Source: Pseudomonadota bacterium (GTDB lineage Bacteria; Pseudomonadota; Gammaproteobacteria; Xanthomonadales; Wenzhouxiangellaceae). Taken from it: 64,000 nucleotides of DNA. Positions within the stretch are counted from its first letter, which is position 1; each line of letters starts with the position of its first letter. The stretch covers positions 2,523,530 through 2,587,529 of the forward strand of contig CP053448.1 of the NCBI GenBank assembly GCA_013285445.1, written 5' to 3'. The position numbers and the translations under genes were made by a program. Below the pieces are notes generated by a model. It was not told the origin of the DNA and ran no database searches. It worked only from the letters and a program-made list of their open reading frames with translations. Shown here piece by piece: positions 16,643 to 24,418 of the stretch.

Positions 16643-19471
16643 ATGTACATCGACAAGCCGCTCTGGAATCGCATTCAGGACCACTTCGATCAGCTGATCG
16701 GCCTGGCGGCGGAAGAACGCGACTCCTATCTGGACCGAAGCGGCTTGCCGGACGCGGACCGGGCCGTGCTGCTCGAGCTGCTTGCCGCCGGACCCGAATG
16801 CGAACTGCTCGACCGCCCGGTCCCGGATCTGCTGGCACTGGGCAGCCAGGAGACCCAGTCACCACCGCCCCCTCATGACTGGCACGGCCGCGAACTGGGG
16901 CCCTGGCGCGTCGACCGACTGATCTCGCGCGGGGGTATGGGTGCGGTCTACGCCGGCTATCGCAACGATGGCCGCTTCGACAAGAAGGTGGCAATCAAGC
17001 TGCTCGATGCCGCCGGGCTCGACTCGGCCGAACATAAACGGCTGATCGAGGAGGTGCGTATCCTGGCGCGCTTGCAGCACCCGGGTATCGCACAGCTGAT
17101 CGACAGCGGCGTGAGCGGCGACGGCTACTCCTGGCTGGTGATGGAATATGTCGACGGCCAGCCGATCGATCGCTACTGCCGTGAGCGGGAAATCGGACTT
17201 GAGCAGCGCATCGAGCTGGTCTGCCAGGTGGCCGAAGCCCTGGAGTACGCGCACCGGCACCAGATCGTGCATTGCGACATCAAGCCGGCCAACATCCTGG
17301 TGTCAGAATCCGGTCGCGCGCAGCTCGTGGACTTCGGCATCGCTCGCCTGGTACAGGACCGAGCGCAGGGCGAGTCTGACGGCCGTATCTACTGCTCTCC
17401 GGGGTTTACCGCGCCGGAGCGCCTGCGCGGGGCCGCTCCCACCACCATGCACGATGTCTACGCGCTCGGGGCGCTGCTCCACGTTCTGGCGACCGGTCAG
17501 CGAGTGAGCTTGCCGGCCACCGCCGGTGTCGAGCCACCGCTGCCATCCGGGCTGAATCGACGCAAGTCCGCCAGGCAATCCGGGCAGCGCTCGGGCGCAC
17601 GCCGGTTCGGCATCGACCACGACCTCCAGGCCATTTGCCGCCGCGCTATGGCCATCAACCCCGACCAGCGCTACCGCTCGGTGGAATCGATGCGGACCGA
17701 TCTGAGCAACTGGATGGAACACCGACCGGTTGCGGCGCGCAACGGCGGGCGCCTGTACTGGCTCGGGTGCTTCGTGCGCCGCAATACCCTGGCCACCGCG
17801 CTGGGCGTGGGGCTGGTGGCGGCGCTGCTCGCGGGCCTGTTCGCCGCTCAATGGCAGGCGCAGGAAGCGATGCGCGAGGCGCAGCGCAAGACGGCTGCCC
17901 TTGGCTATCTGCAGGACGTTCTGGCAACATTGGTGCCCGATTCACCCGATGCCGTGGCCGAACCGCGCACCCGGGTGTTGCTGCGCGCAACCGAGCAGGC
18001 ACCCCGGGCGCTGGCCGACGAGCCGCTGGTACTGGCCCAGGTCTCGGAGACCATGGCCGGACTGCTGGCGCGCATCGGCGAGTACGAGGCGGCGCAGTAC
18101 GCTCAGCAACGCGCAGCCGGGCTCTACCTCGCCGAGCACGGCCCGGACCATCCGGACACGGTGCTGGCACGCACCGAGCAGCTGCGCCTGCGCGCAACAC
18201 GCGGCGGCGGGTCCGATCCGGCCGTTGAACAGGCCCTTCGGGATGCCATCGCGGTCACCCGCGACCGGCCCGCCTATCGGCGCCGTCATGCCCTGTCCCT
18301 GACTCAGCTGGCCACGCTGCTGGGAAACGTTGGACGGACCGATGAGGCGCTTGTCGTCGTCAACCAGGCTCGCGCGTTTCTGCAAGCGGATGATCCACTG
18401 CAGCAGCGGGTCGAGACGGATCTGATTGCAGCAGAACTCAATATCACGAACGGAACCCACGAAACGGCGCTCGAGCTCATCCAGACGCACGAAGCGGAAC
18501 TGCGCGAAACGCTGGGTGCCGGGCATCGGCTCTCCCTGACCCTTGCGGGAGTGCGGGGGCAAGCGCTGCGCTACGCCGGTCGCCTGGAGGAGTCTCGGGA
18601 GCACCTGACCACCGCGATCGACGGATTAAGGCCGCTGTATCCGGAAGGCAATGAGCGACTGCTCGATCTGCTCGGCGGGCTCGGGATCGCCCACTACAAG
18701 CTGGGCGAGCTCGATCCTGCCGCCGAAGTCGCCCGCGAACACCTCGACCTGTCGCGCCGGCTGCTCGGCGGGCGCAGTCACCAGACCGCGCTGGCGCTGT
18801 CGAACACCGGCAACATCGAGTTTGCGCGCGGCAACTACCCGGCCGCGCGCGATCTGCAGGAGGAGTCCGCGCAGGCATTCGCCGAGCTCTACGGCGAGGA
18901 TCACATCGCAGTCGCCCTGACGCTTGGCAACATGGCCGAGGCCCTGCATCACATGGGGCGGCACGCGCAATCAATGGAGCTGCGCATCGGCGCAATGCAG
19001 CGCATTGGCGAGGTGTGGGGCGAGGACTCCATGCGCTATCTGCATCAGCTCAGGGCACGGGCCCGAACGCAACTGGCCATGGGCCAGGCCGACGAGGCCG
19101 CCATGGCACTCGAGCGCACGCTGTCGCTGGCCGAGGCCACCGATTCCCGGCAGAGTGAGGAAATGGCCTTAACGCGCGCCTGGCTGGCCGAGGCGCGACG
19201 GCAGCAGGGCCGCACGGAAGAGGCCAGGCGCCTGCTCACCGCAGCGCGCAGCGGGCTGGATCAGTCCGGCGAGGCGACACCCGCCATGCAAGAGACCGTG
19301 GCACGGCTCGAGGCGCGCCTCGCCTGCCATCTGTCCGCGCTCGATGCATGCCGACAGGCCGTCGAGTCGGCCGATGGCTTGTACGCCAGGCGTCTGCCCG
19401 TGGACAGCCCAATCCGGGCCGAGCTACGCCAGCTGCTTGCCGCGGCGCAAGCCCGACACGGCTCGGGCTGA
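16643..19471 (+). CDS. membrane Ser/Thr protein kinase with a large C-terminal TPR domain
   Basis: Hanks-kinase motifs are present: GGMGAVYAG, VAIK, HCDIKPANILV, DFGIA, FTAPE. One TM helix (LATALGVGLVAALLAGLFAAQW, ~nt 17786-17855) is followed by ~540 aa of TPR-like helical repeats. The listed start is TTG at 16634; ATG at 16643 lies 10 nt after GGAG. Confidence 0.85.
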   Translation: MYIDKPLWNRIQDHFDQLIGLAAEERDSYLDRSGLPDADRAVLLELLAAGPECELLDRPVPDLLALGSQETQSPPPPHDWHGRELGPWRVDRLISRGGMGAVYAGYRNDGRFDKKVAIKLLDAAGLDSAEHKRLIEEVRILARLQHPGIAQLIDSGVSGDGYSWLVMEYVDGQPIDRYCREREIGLEQRIELVCQVAEALEYAHRHQIVHCDIKPANILVSESGRAQLVDFGIARLVQDRAQGESDGRIYCSPGFTAPERLRGAAPTTMHDVYALGALLHVLATGQRVSLPATAGVEPPLPSGLNRRKSARQSGQRSGARRFGIDHDLQAICRRAMAINPDQRYRSVESMRTDLSNWMEHRPVAARNGGRLYWLGCFVRRNTLATALGVGLVAALLAGLFAAQWQAQEAMREAQRKTAALGYLQDVLATLVPDSPDAVAEPRTRVLLRATEQAPRALADEPLVLAQVSETMAGLLARIGEYEAAQYAQQRAAGLYLAEHGPDHPDTVLARTEQLRLRATRGGGSDPAVEQALRDAIAVTRDRPAYRRRHALSLTQLATLLGNVGRTDEALVVVNQARAFLQADDPLQQRVETDLIAAELNITNGTHETALELIQTHEAELRETLGAGHRLSLTLAGVRGQALRYAGRLEESREHLTTAIDGLRPLYPEGNERLLDLLGGLGIAHYKLGELDPAAEVAREHLDLSRRLLGGRSHQTALALSNTGNIEFARGNYPAARDLQEESAQAFAELYGEDHIAVALTLGNMAEALHHMGRHAQSMELRIGAMQRIGEVWGEDSMRYLHQLRARARTQLAMGQADEAAMALERTLSLAEATDSRQSEEMALTRAWLAEARRQQGRTEEARRLLTAARSGLDQSGEATPAMQETVARLEARLACHLSALDACRQAVESADGLYARRLPVDSPIRAELRQLLAAAQARHGSG

Positions 19472-19481
19472 GCGGACCGGT

Positions 19482-19916
19482 TCAGTCGGCCGGGCCTGTG
19501 GCCTCGAGCAGGCGGGAAAGGCAATTCAGAAATACGTCCCGTTCACGTTCGCCCAGGCGGGTCAGCAAGGCGCGCTCGTAGGCCAGTGCCGCCGGCACGA
19601 TGGCGTCGTGGATCGCCTGTCCCGCCTCGCTCAGGTACAGGCGCTTGGCGCGTCGGTCGTCCTGGTTGTCACGCCGCTCCAGTCGCCCATGCTCGCTCAG
19701 ACGGCCAACCGCGCGGCTGACGGCCACCTTGTCCATGGCCGCGCGGTCGGCCACTTCCGTGGCCGTGACTCCGGGATAGCGCCCAACGATGGCGATGACA
19801 CGCCACTCGGTCACGCCGATACCGAAACGCTGCTTGTAGGTGCGCGCAATACCGCGACTGATACTGTTCGACAGCACCGAGAGTCGATAGGGCAGAAATT
19901 CCTCTAGATCGAGCAT
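19482..19916 (-). CDS. MarR-family transcriptional regulator (probable repressor of the homogentisate operon)
   Basis: 144 aa from the ATG at 19916 with a winged HTH (GVTEWRVIAIVGRYPGVTATEVADRAAMDKVAVSRAVGRL). It is divergent from hppD. Confidence 0.8.
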   Translation of the reverse strand: MLDLEEFLPYRLSVLSNSISRGIARTYKQRFGIGVTEWRVIAIVGRYPGVTATEVADRAAMDKVAVSRAVGRLSEHGRLERRDNQDDRRAKRLYLSEAGQAIHDAIVPAALAYERALLTRLGERERDVFLNCLSRLLEATGPAD

Positions 19917-19935
19917 TTGCGATCGCGCCGACGGC

Positions 19936-19964
19936 TTGAAAACAGTTACAAATGTAACTAATAT
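19936..19964 (+). promoter_or_regulatory. sigma70 promoter of the hppD operon
   Basis: TTGAAA (19936-19941), a 17-nt spacer, then TAATAT (19959-19964), about 90 nt upstream of the hppD ATG. Confidence 0.6.
19944..19959. promoter_or_regulatory. perfect 16-bp palindrome, candidate MarR operator
   Basis: AGTTACAAATGTAACT lies entirely within the -35/-10 spacer of the promoter above. Confidence 0.6.
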
Positions 19965-20051
19965 CAGAGGCAGGAAGCAAGGTCGTTTCCTCGCCGGCTC
20001 GTCCGAACATCGCCCAATCGTCGAATCGCAATATTGCAAGGAGACCGAATC

Positions 20052-21098
20052 ATGACGCAGTCCCGCCCCAATCCGCTTGGCGTCGAGCGCTTCGAGTTCA
20101 TAGAATTTGCGGCGCCTGACGCGACGCTGCTGCACGACCTGTTCAACAAGATGGGCTTCACGGCTGTTGCACGTCACCGATCACTGCCGGTCACCCTGTA
20201 CCGACAGGGGGGCATCGATTTCCTGGTCAACGAGACATCCGACTCCTTCGCCAGCGATTTTGCCGATGCGCACGGGCCTTGCTGCACCGGCTTTGCGCTG
20301 CGCGTGGCTGATCCGCAACAAGCCTACCAGTCGACCCGCGCCAACGGCGCACAGGATGTTTCCAATCGGCCCGACACGCTGGCCATCGACTCCCCGTGCA
20401 TTTCCGGCATCGGCGGCAGCGTGCTGTACCTGACCGCCGGAGTCGAAGACCTGGAGCGACATTTCGAGTTTGACCCGGCCGTTGACCGACACCCAGCGGG
20501 CGTCGGGCTGAGCTTTGTCGATCATCTCACGCACAACGTCTACAACGGCAACATGGGCGACTGGGCGGAGTTCTACGAGCGTCTGTTCGGCTTCTACGAG
20601 GTCAAATACTTCGACATCAAGGGGCAGCAGACCGGGCTTCGCTCCAAGGCCATGACTGCGCCCGACGGCAGCATTTCAATCCCGATCAACGAGTCGGAAA
20701 ATCCCAAGAGCCAGATCAACGAGTATCTGGACGAATACCAGGGAGAAGGCGTACAACACATCGCGCTGTATACCGATCACATCTACGAGTCGGTTGAAGC
20801 GCTGCACGGCAACGGCATTGACTTTCTCGATACGCCGGATACCTACTACGAGGTCATCGATGAACGCATACCCGGTCACGGTGAAGATGTCGAACGGATG
20901 AGAAAGAACCGCATCCTGATCGACGCCGATCCCAACGATCCCGACAAGCAGCTGCTGCAGATCTTTACCAAGACCAATATCGGTCCGATCTTCTTCGAGA
21001 TCATCCAGCGCAAGGGTAACGAGGGTTTCGGCGAAGGCAATTTCCAGGCCCTGTTCGAGGCCATCGAGCGCGATCAGGAAAAGCGCGGAGTCCTTTAA
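20052..21098 (+). CDS. hppD: 4-hydroxyphenylpyruvate dioxygenase
   Basis: ATG at 20052 lies 7 nt after AAGGAGA. N-terminus NPLGVERFEFIEFA; C-terminal signature IFFEIIQRKGNEGFGEGNFQALFEAIERDQ. Confidence 0.9.
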   Translation: MTQSRPNPLGVERFEFIEFAAPDATLLHDLFNKMGFTAVARHRSLPVTLYRQGGIDFLVNETSDSFASDFADAHGPCCTGFALRVADPQQAYQSTRANGAQDVSNRPDTLAIDSPCISGIGGSVLYLTAGVEDLERHFEFDPAVDRHPAGVGLSFVDHLTHNVYNGNMGDWAEFYERLFGFYEVKYFDIKGQQTGLRSKAMTAPDGSISIPINESENPKSQINEYLDEYQGEGVQHIALYTDHIYESVEALHGNGIDFLDTPDTYYEVIDERIPGHGEDVERMRKNRILIDADPNDPDKQLLQIFTKTNIGPIFFEIIQRKGNEGFGEGNFQALFEAIERDQEKRGVL

Positions 21099-21100
21099 AG

Positions 21101-21187
21101 AACGGTTTCCGGGTTCAGGTTTTCGGCTTCAGGGGCGGGCATGACTGCTGCTGGAGCCTGAGCCGAACCGGGGCTCTTCGAATCGGA
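21101..21187. repeat. degenerate member of the GGTTTCC heptamer inverted-repeat family (element A)
   Basis: Directly after the hppD stop comes AACGGTTTCC GGGTTCA GGTTTTC GGCTTCA GG. The partly complementary CCTGAGCCGAACCGGGGCTCTTCGAATCGG follows. Confidence 0.5.
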
Positions 21188-21218
21188 TGCATCAAGGACA
21201 GCCAATCCGGAGGCAGTC

Positions 21219-22346
21219 ATGAAGAAGTGGATTTCCCATTCCAGGGTGGAAGGCAGGGCCAGCCGGCAGGCGCATACCAATCTGCCCGAGGACACTTATG
21301 AGCGCGAGATGGGCAAGGAAGGATTCTTCGGCCCGGCCACGCACTTTTACCATCAGCACATGCCGACCGGCTGGACTGATTTCGAAGGGCCGCTGCAGCC
21401 GCGCGCCTTCGACACGACCCGCCTCGAAGACAAAGTCGGGTCGCCCTGGCAGGCCGCCGAACTGCTTGGCAACGCGCACTGCAGGTTTCGCTGCTGGCAC
21501 GCCGACGGAAAGATGGATCACCTGGTGCGCAACGGCGACGGCGACGAGTTGCTGTTCGTCCACGACGGCGCCGGCGAGCTGTTCTGCGACTTCGGCCACC
21601 TGAGTTTCCGTGACGGTGACTACATCATGCTGCCGCGCGGCACCATGTGGCGCATCGAGTCCGACGGTCCCGTCGAAATACTGCTGATCGAGGCGACCAA
21701 TTCCAGCTACATGCTGCCCGACAAAGGCCTGGTCGGCCCGCACGCCATCTTCGACCCGGCCATGCTCGACACGCCGACAATCGACGACGCCTTCCGCGCC
21801 CAGCAGGGCGAGGACGAGTGGCAGGTCCAGGTCAAGCGCCACAACCGGATCTCGACGATCACCTTCCCTTTCAATCCGCTTGACGCGGTGGGCTGGAAGG
21901 GCGACCTGATGCCGGTGAAGATCAACTGGCGCGACATTCGCCCCCTGATGAGCCATCGCTACCATCTGCCGCCGTCGGCCCATACCACCTTCGTGGCCAA
22001 CCGGCTGGTTGTGTGCACCTTCGTGCCGAGACCCTTCGAAATGTCGGGGGATGCGCTGAAGGTGCCATTCTTCCACAACAACGACGATTTTGACGAAGTG
22101 CTCTTCTACCATGCAGGCGAGTTTTTCTCGCGCGATAACATTCATCCTGGCATGATGACGCTTCACCCCTGTGGCTTTACCCACGGCCCGCACCCCAAGG
22201 CAATGGACAACGCATTCAGGCCGAAAAGCGAGGCGACGGAAGAAGTCGCGGTGATGATCGATACCCGTGACGCCCTCGACGTCACGGCGGCGGCGGAAAA
22301 GATCGAGTGGACCGGCTACGTGGACAGCTGGAAGCCCAAGCGCTAA
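21219..22346 (+). CDS. hmgA: homogentisate 1,2-dioxygenase (short ~375-aa form)
   Basis: ATG at 21219 lies 6 nt after GGAGG. It has a cupin-type core with FFHNNDDFDEVLFYHAGEF...MMTLHPCGFTHGPHP, matching the His/Glu/His iron-ligand region. It sits between hppD and the FAH gene. Confidence 0.75.
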   Translation: MKKWISHSRVEGRASRQAHTNLPEDTYEREMGKEGFFGPATHFYHQHMPTGWTDFEGPLQPRAFDTTRLEDKVGSPWQAAELLGNAHCRFRCWHADGKMDHLVRNGDGDELLFVHDGAGELFCDFGHLSFRDGDYIMLPRGTMWRIESDGPVEILLIEATNSSYMLPDKGLVGPHAIFDPAMLDTPTIDDAFRAQQGEDEWQVQVKRHNRISTITFPFNPLDAVGWKGDLMPVKINWRDIRPLMSHRYHLPPSAHTTFVANRLVVCTFVPRPFEMSGDALKVPFFHNNDDFDEVLFYHAGEFFSRDNIHPGMMTLHPCGFTHGPHPKAMDNAFRPKSEATEEVAVMIDTRDALDVTAAAEKIEWTGYVDSWKPKR

Positions 22347-22350
22347 GGAC

Positions 22351-22511
22351 GGTTTCCGGTTTCCGGTTTACGGGACGCATTCGGGAAGCGTCGTGATGTC
22401 GTCAAGCCAGAAGACATCTTTCATTCCGGAACCTGACACGGGAGATGATCGAAGCCTGCCCGGAAACCGGAAACCGGAAATCGGAAACCGGAAACCGGAA
22501 ACCGGAAACCC
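22351..22511. repeat. heptamer minisatellite inverted repeat (element B)
   Basis: The left arm is GGTTTCC GGTTTCC GGTTTAC (22351-22371). After an ~89-nt spacer come seven tandem CGGAAAC units (22461-22509), the third being CGGAAAT. The arms are complementary in several registers. Confidence 0.85.
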
Positions 22512-22568
22512 AGTAAACAAAGCCATTACCCTGCATGCAACGTCCCAACCAATCGAAGTGACCTGATC

Positions 22569-23555
22569 ATGAAACTAGCAACGTTAAAGGAAGGCGGTCG
22601 CGACGGCACGCTGATCGTCGTCAACCGCGACCTGACCCGCGCGATCCGCGCAACGGATATCGCGCCCACGCTCCAGGCCGCACTGGACAACTGGGATGCG
22701 GCCGCGCCGCGCCTGGCCAGCCTGTTCGACGAGTTGATGAATGACACTGCCGAGGGCAGCTTCGATCTCGATATCAACGCCCTGGCTGCACCGCTGCCGC
22801 GCTGCTACCAGTTCTGTGACGGCTCGGCCTACCTGCCGCACGTCGAGCGGGTGCGCAAGGCACGCGGCGCCGAAGTGCCCGAGAGTTTCCTCACCGATCC
22901 GCTGATGTACCAGGCCGTGTCCGACGGCTTTCTGGCCCCCCACGATCCAATCATCATGCCCTCGACCGAATGGGGCATCGACTTCGAGTCGGAAATCGGT
23001 GTCATCACCGATGATGTGCCGATGGGCGCGGCCGCTGAACAATGTGCCGACCACATCCAGCTTGTCACGATCCTCAACGACATCTCGCTCCGGAATCTGA
23101 TCCCGGCCGAGCTGGCCAAGGGCTTCGGGTTCTTGCAGTCCAAGCCCCGCTCGGCCCTGGCCCCGGTCGCGGTCACCCCGGACGAGCTCGGCGAGGCCTG
23201 GCGCGACAGCAAGCTGCACCTGCCGCTGCTGACTCACCTCAACGGCGAGCTGTTCGGCCGACCGGAAGCCGGCGAGGACATGCAGTTCAGCTTTGCAGAG
23301 CTGGTTGCCCACGCCGCCAGGAGCCGACCGCTGGCCGCCGGTTCGCTGGTCGGTTCGGGGACCATTGCCAACCAGGACACCAGCCGCGGCGCCTCCTGCC
23401 TGGCCGAAAAGCGCATGCTTGAAATCATCGCCCACGGCAAGCCCGAAACCCCGTTCATGCAGTTCGGCGACGTGGTCCGCATCGAGATGAAGACACACCA
23501 GGGTGAGTCGATCTTTGGTGCGATTGAGCAGAAGGTGGTTAAGTACGAGCGGTGA
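22569..23555 (+). CDS. fumarylacetoacetate hydrolase-family protein (probable fumarylacetoacetase of the homogentisate pathway)
   Basis: 328 aa beginning MKLATLKEGGRDGTLIVVNRDL, with a FAH-fold C-terminal half. It lies between hmgA and maiA. Confidence 0.8.
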   Translation: MKLATLKEGGRDGTLIVVNRDLTRAIRATDIAPTLQAALDNWDAAAPRLASLFDELMNDTAEGSFDLDINALAAPLPRCYQFCDGSAYLPHVERVRKARGAEVPESFLTDPLMYQAVSDGFLAPHDPIIMPSTEWGIDFESEIGVITDDVPMGAAAEQCADHIQLVTILNDISLRNLIPAELAKGFGFLQSKPRSALAPVAVTPDELGEAWRDSKLHLPLLTHLNGELFGRPEAGEDMQFSFAELVAHAARSRPLAAGSLVGSGTIANQDTSRGASCLAEKRMLEIIAHGKPETPFMQFGDVVRIEMKTHQGESIFGAIEQKVVKYER

Positions 23556-23674
23556 ACGGTGAACGGTTCCGGGTTCCGGGGAGCCTTCGGCAATGAGGAA
23601 CAACGCTCACGCTTGAAGGCTTCGAAGCGGCGGGGTGCAAGGCCTCCTCCATCCGAAGCCCGCCCGGAAACCGG
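23551..23674. repeat. heptamer inverted-repeat element C
   Basis: The left arm is GGTGAAC GGTGAAC GGTTCCG GGTTCCG GGG (23551-23581, overlapping the FAH stop). After a ~72-nt spacer the right arm is CCGGAAA CCGGAAA CCGTACA (23654-23674). Confidence 0.7.
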
Positions 23675-23717
23675 AAACCGTACACAATAGGCCAATCGAA
23701 AGCCGGAACCGCAACCC

Positions 23718-24392
23718 ATGCCCAAATCCGCGAACATGATCCTGTATTCATACTGGCGCTCATCGGCCAGCTACCGGGTGCGCATGGCGCTCAACCTCAA
23801 GGGTCTCGACCACGAGATCCGGCCGGTTCATCTGCTGCGCGACGGTGGCGAGCAGTATTGCGGCCACTACGCTGCCCTCAACCCCCAGCAACTGGTGCCC
23901 ACCCTGGTTGACGGCGGGACCGTAATCACCCAGTCGCTGGCCATCCTCGAATATCTCGAGGAGCGCCACCCGGAGCCTGCCTTGCTGCCAGGCGCCAGCG
24001 CCGAGCGCGCCCGGGTGCGCATGATCGCCCAGGCCATCGCCTGCGAGATTCACCCGCTCAACAACCTGCGCGTGCTCAAGTACCTGACCGGCAAAGCCGG
24101 GCTGGACGAGCATGCCAAACTGGGCTGGTATCGTCACTGGACCGAAACCGGCCTGGCTGCGGTGGAACGCCTGCTCGACAACCCTCAGACCGGTGAATTC
24201 TGTCACGGCAGTGAACCGGGACTGGCCGATTGCTGTCTGCTGCCACAAGTCTATAATGCGCGGAGATTCGAGTGCCGGATGGACGGTCTGCCCGAAATTC
24301 AGCGCGTCTGCACGGCACTGGAGCAGCTGCCTGCCGTTCAGCGCGCCGCACCGGACAGACAGCCGGATGGGCAAACCAACCCGGCCCCTTAA
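23718..24392 (+). CDS. maiA: maleylacetoacetate isomerase (zeta-class GST)
   Basis: LYSYWRSSASYRVRMALNLKGL...QLVPTL...ITQSLAILEYLEE. An alternative ATG at 23736 (MILYSY...) matches the usual N-terminus better. Confidence 0.85.
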   Translation: MPKSANMILYSYWRSSASYRVRMALNLKGLDHEIRPVHLLRDGGEQYCGHYAALNPQQLVPTLVDGGTVITQSLAILEYLEERHPEPALLPGASAERARVRMIAQAIACEIHPLNNLRVLKYLTGKAGLDEHAKLGWYRHWTETGLAAVERLLDNPQTGEFCHGSEPGLADCCLLPQVYNARRFECRMDGLPEIQRVCTALEQLPAVQRAAPDRQPDGQTNPAP

Positions 24393-24418
24393 CACCCGAT
24401 GAGATATCTTGAACAGCG

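Noticed and set aside
15561-16994. Minus-strand ORFs 15561-16337 and 16428-16994 (Arg/Pro/Gly-rich)
   Set aside because: They are alternative frames of truC and the kinase 5' region. They are low-complexity and have no start context.
22461-22509. Tandem repeat array considered as a possible CRISPR
   Set aside because: The units are 7 nt, directly abutting, with no spacers, and there are no cas genes in the window. It is a minisatellite, not a CRISPR.
22267-22566. 99-aa ORF reading through the heptamer repeats (…GNRKPEIGNRKPETGN…)
   Set aside because: It begins inside hmgA in another frame. The repeat periodicity is 7 nt, which is not codon-compatible. It has no SD. I treat it as non-coding repeat DNA.
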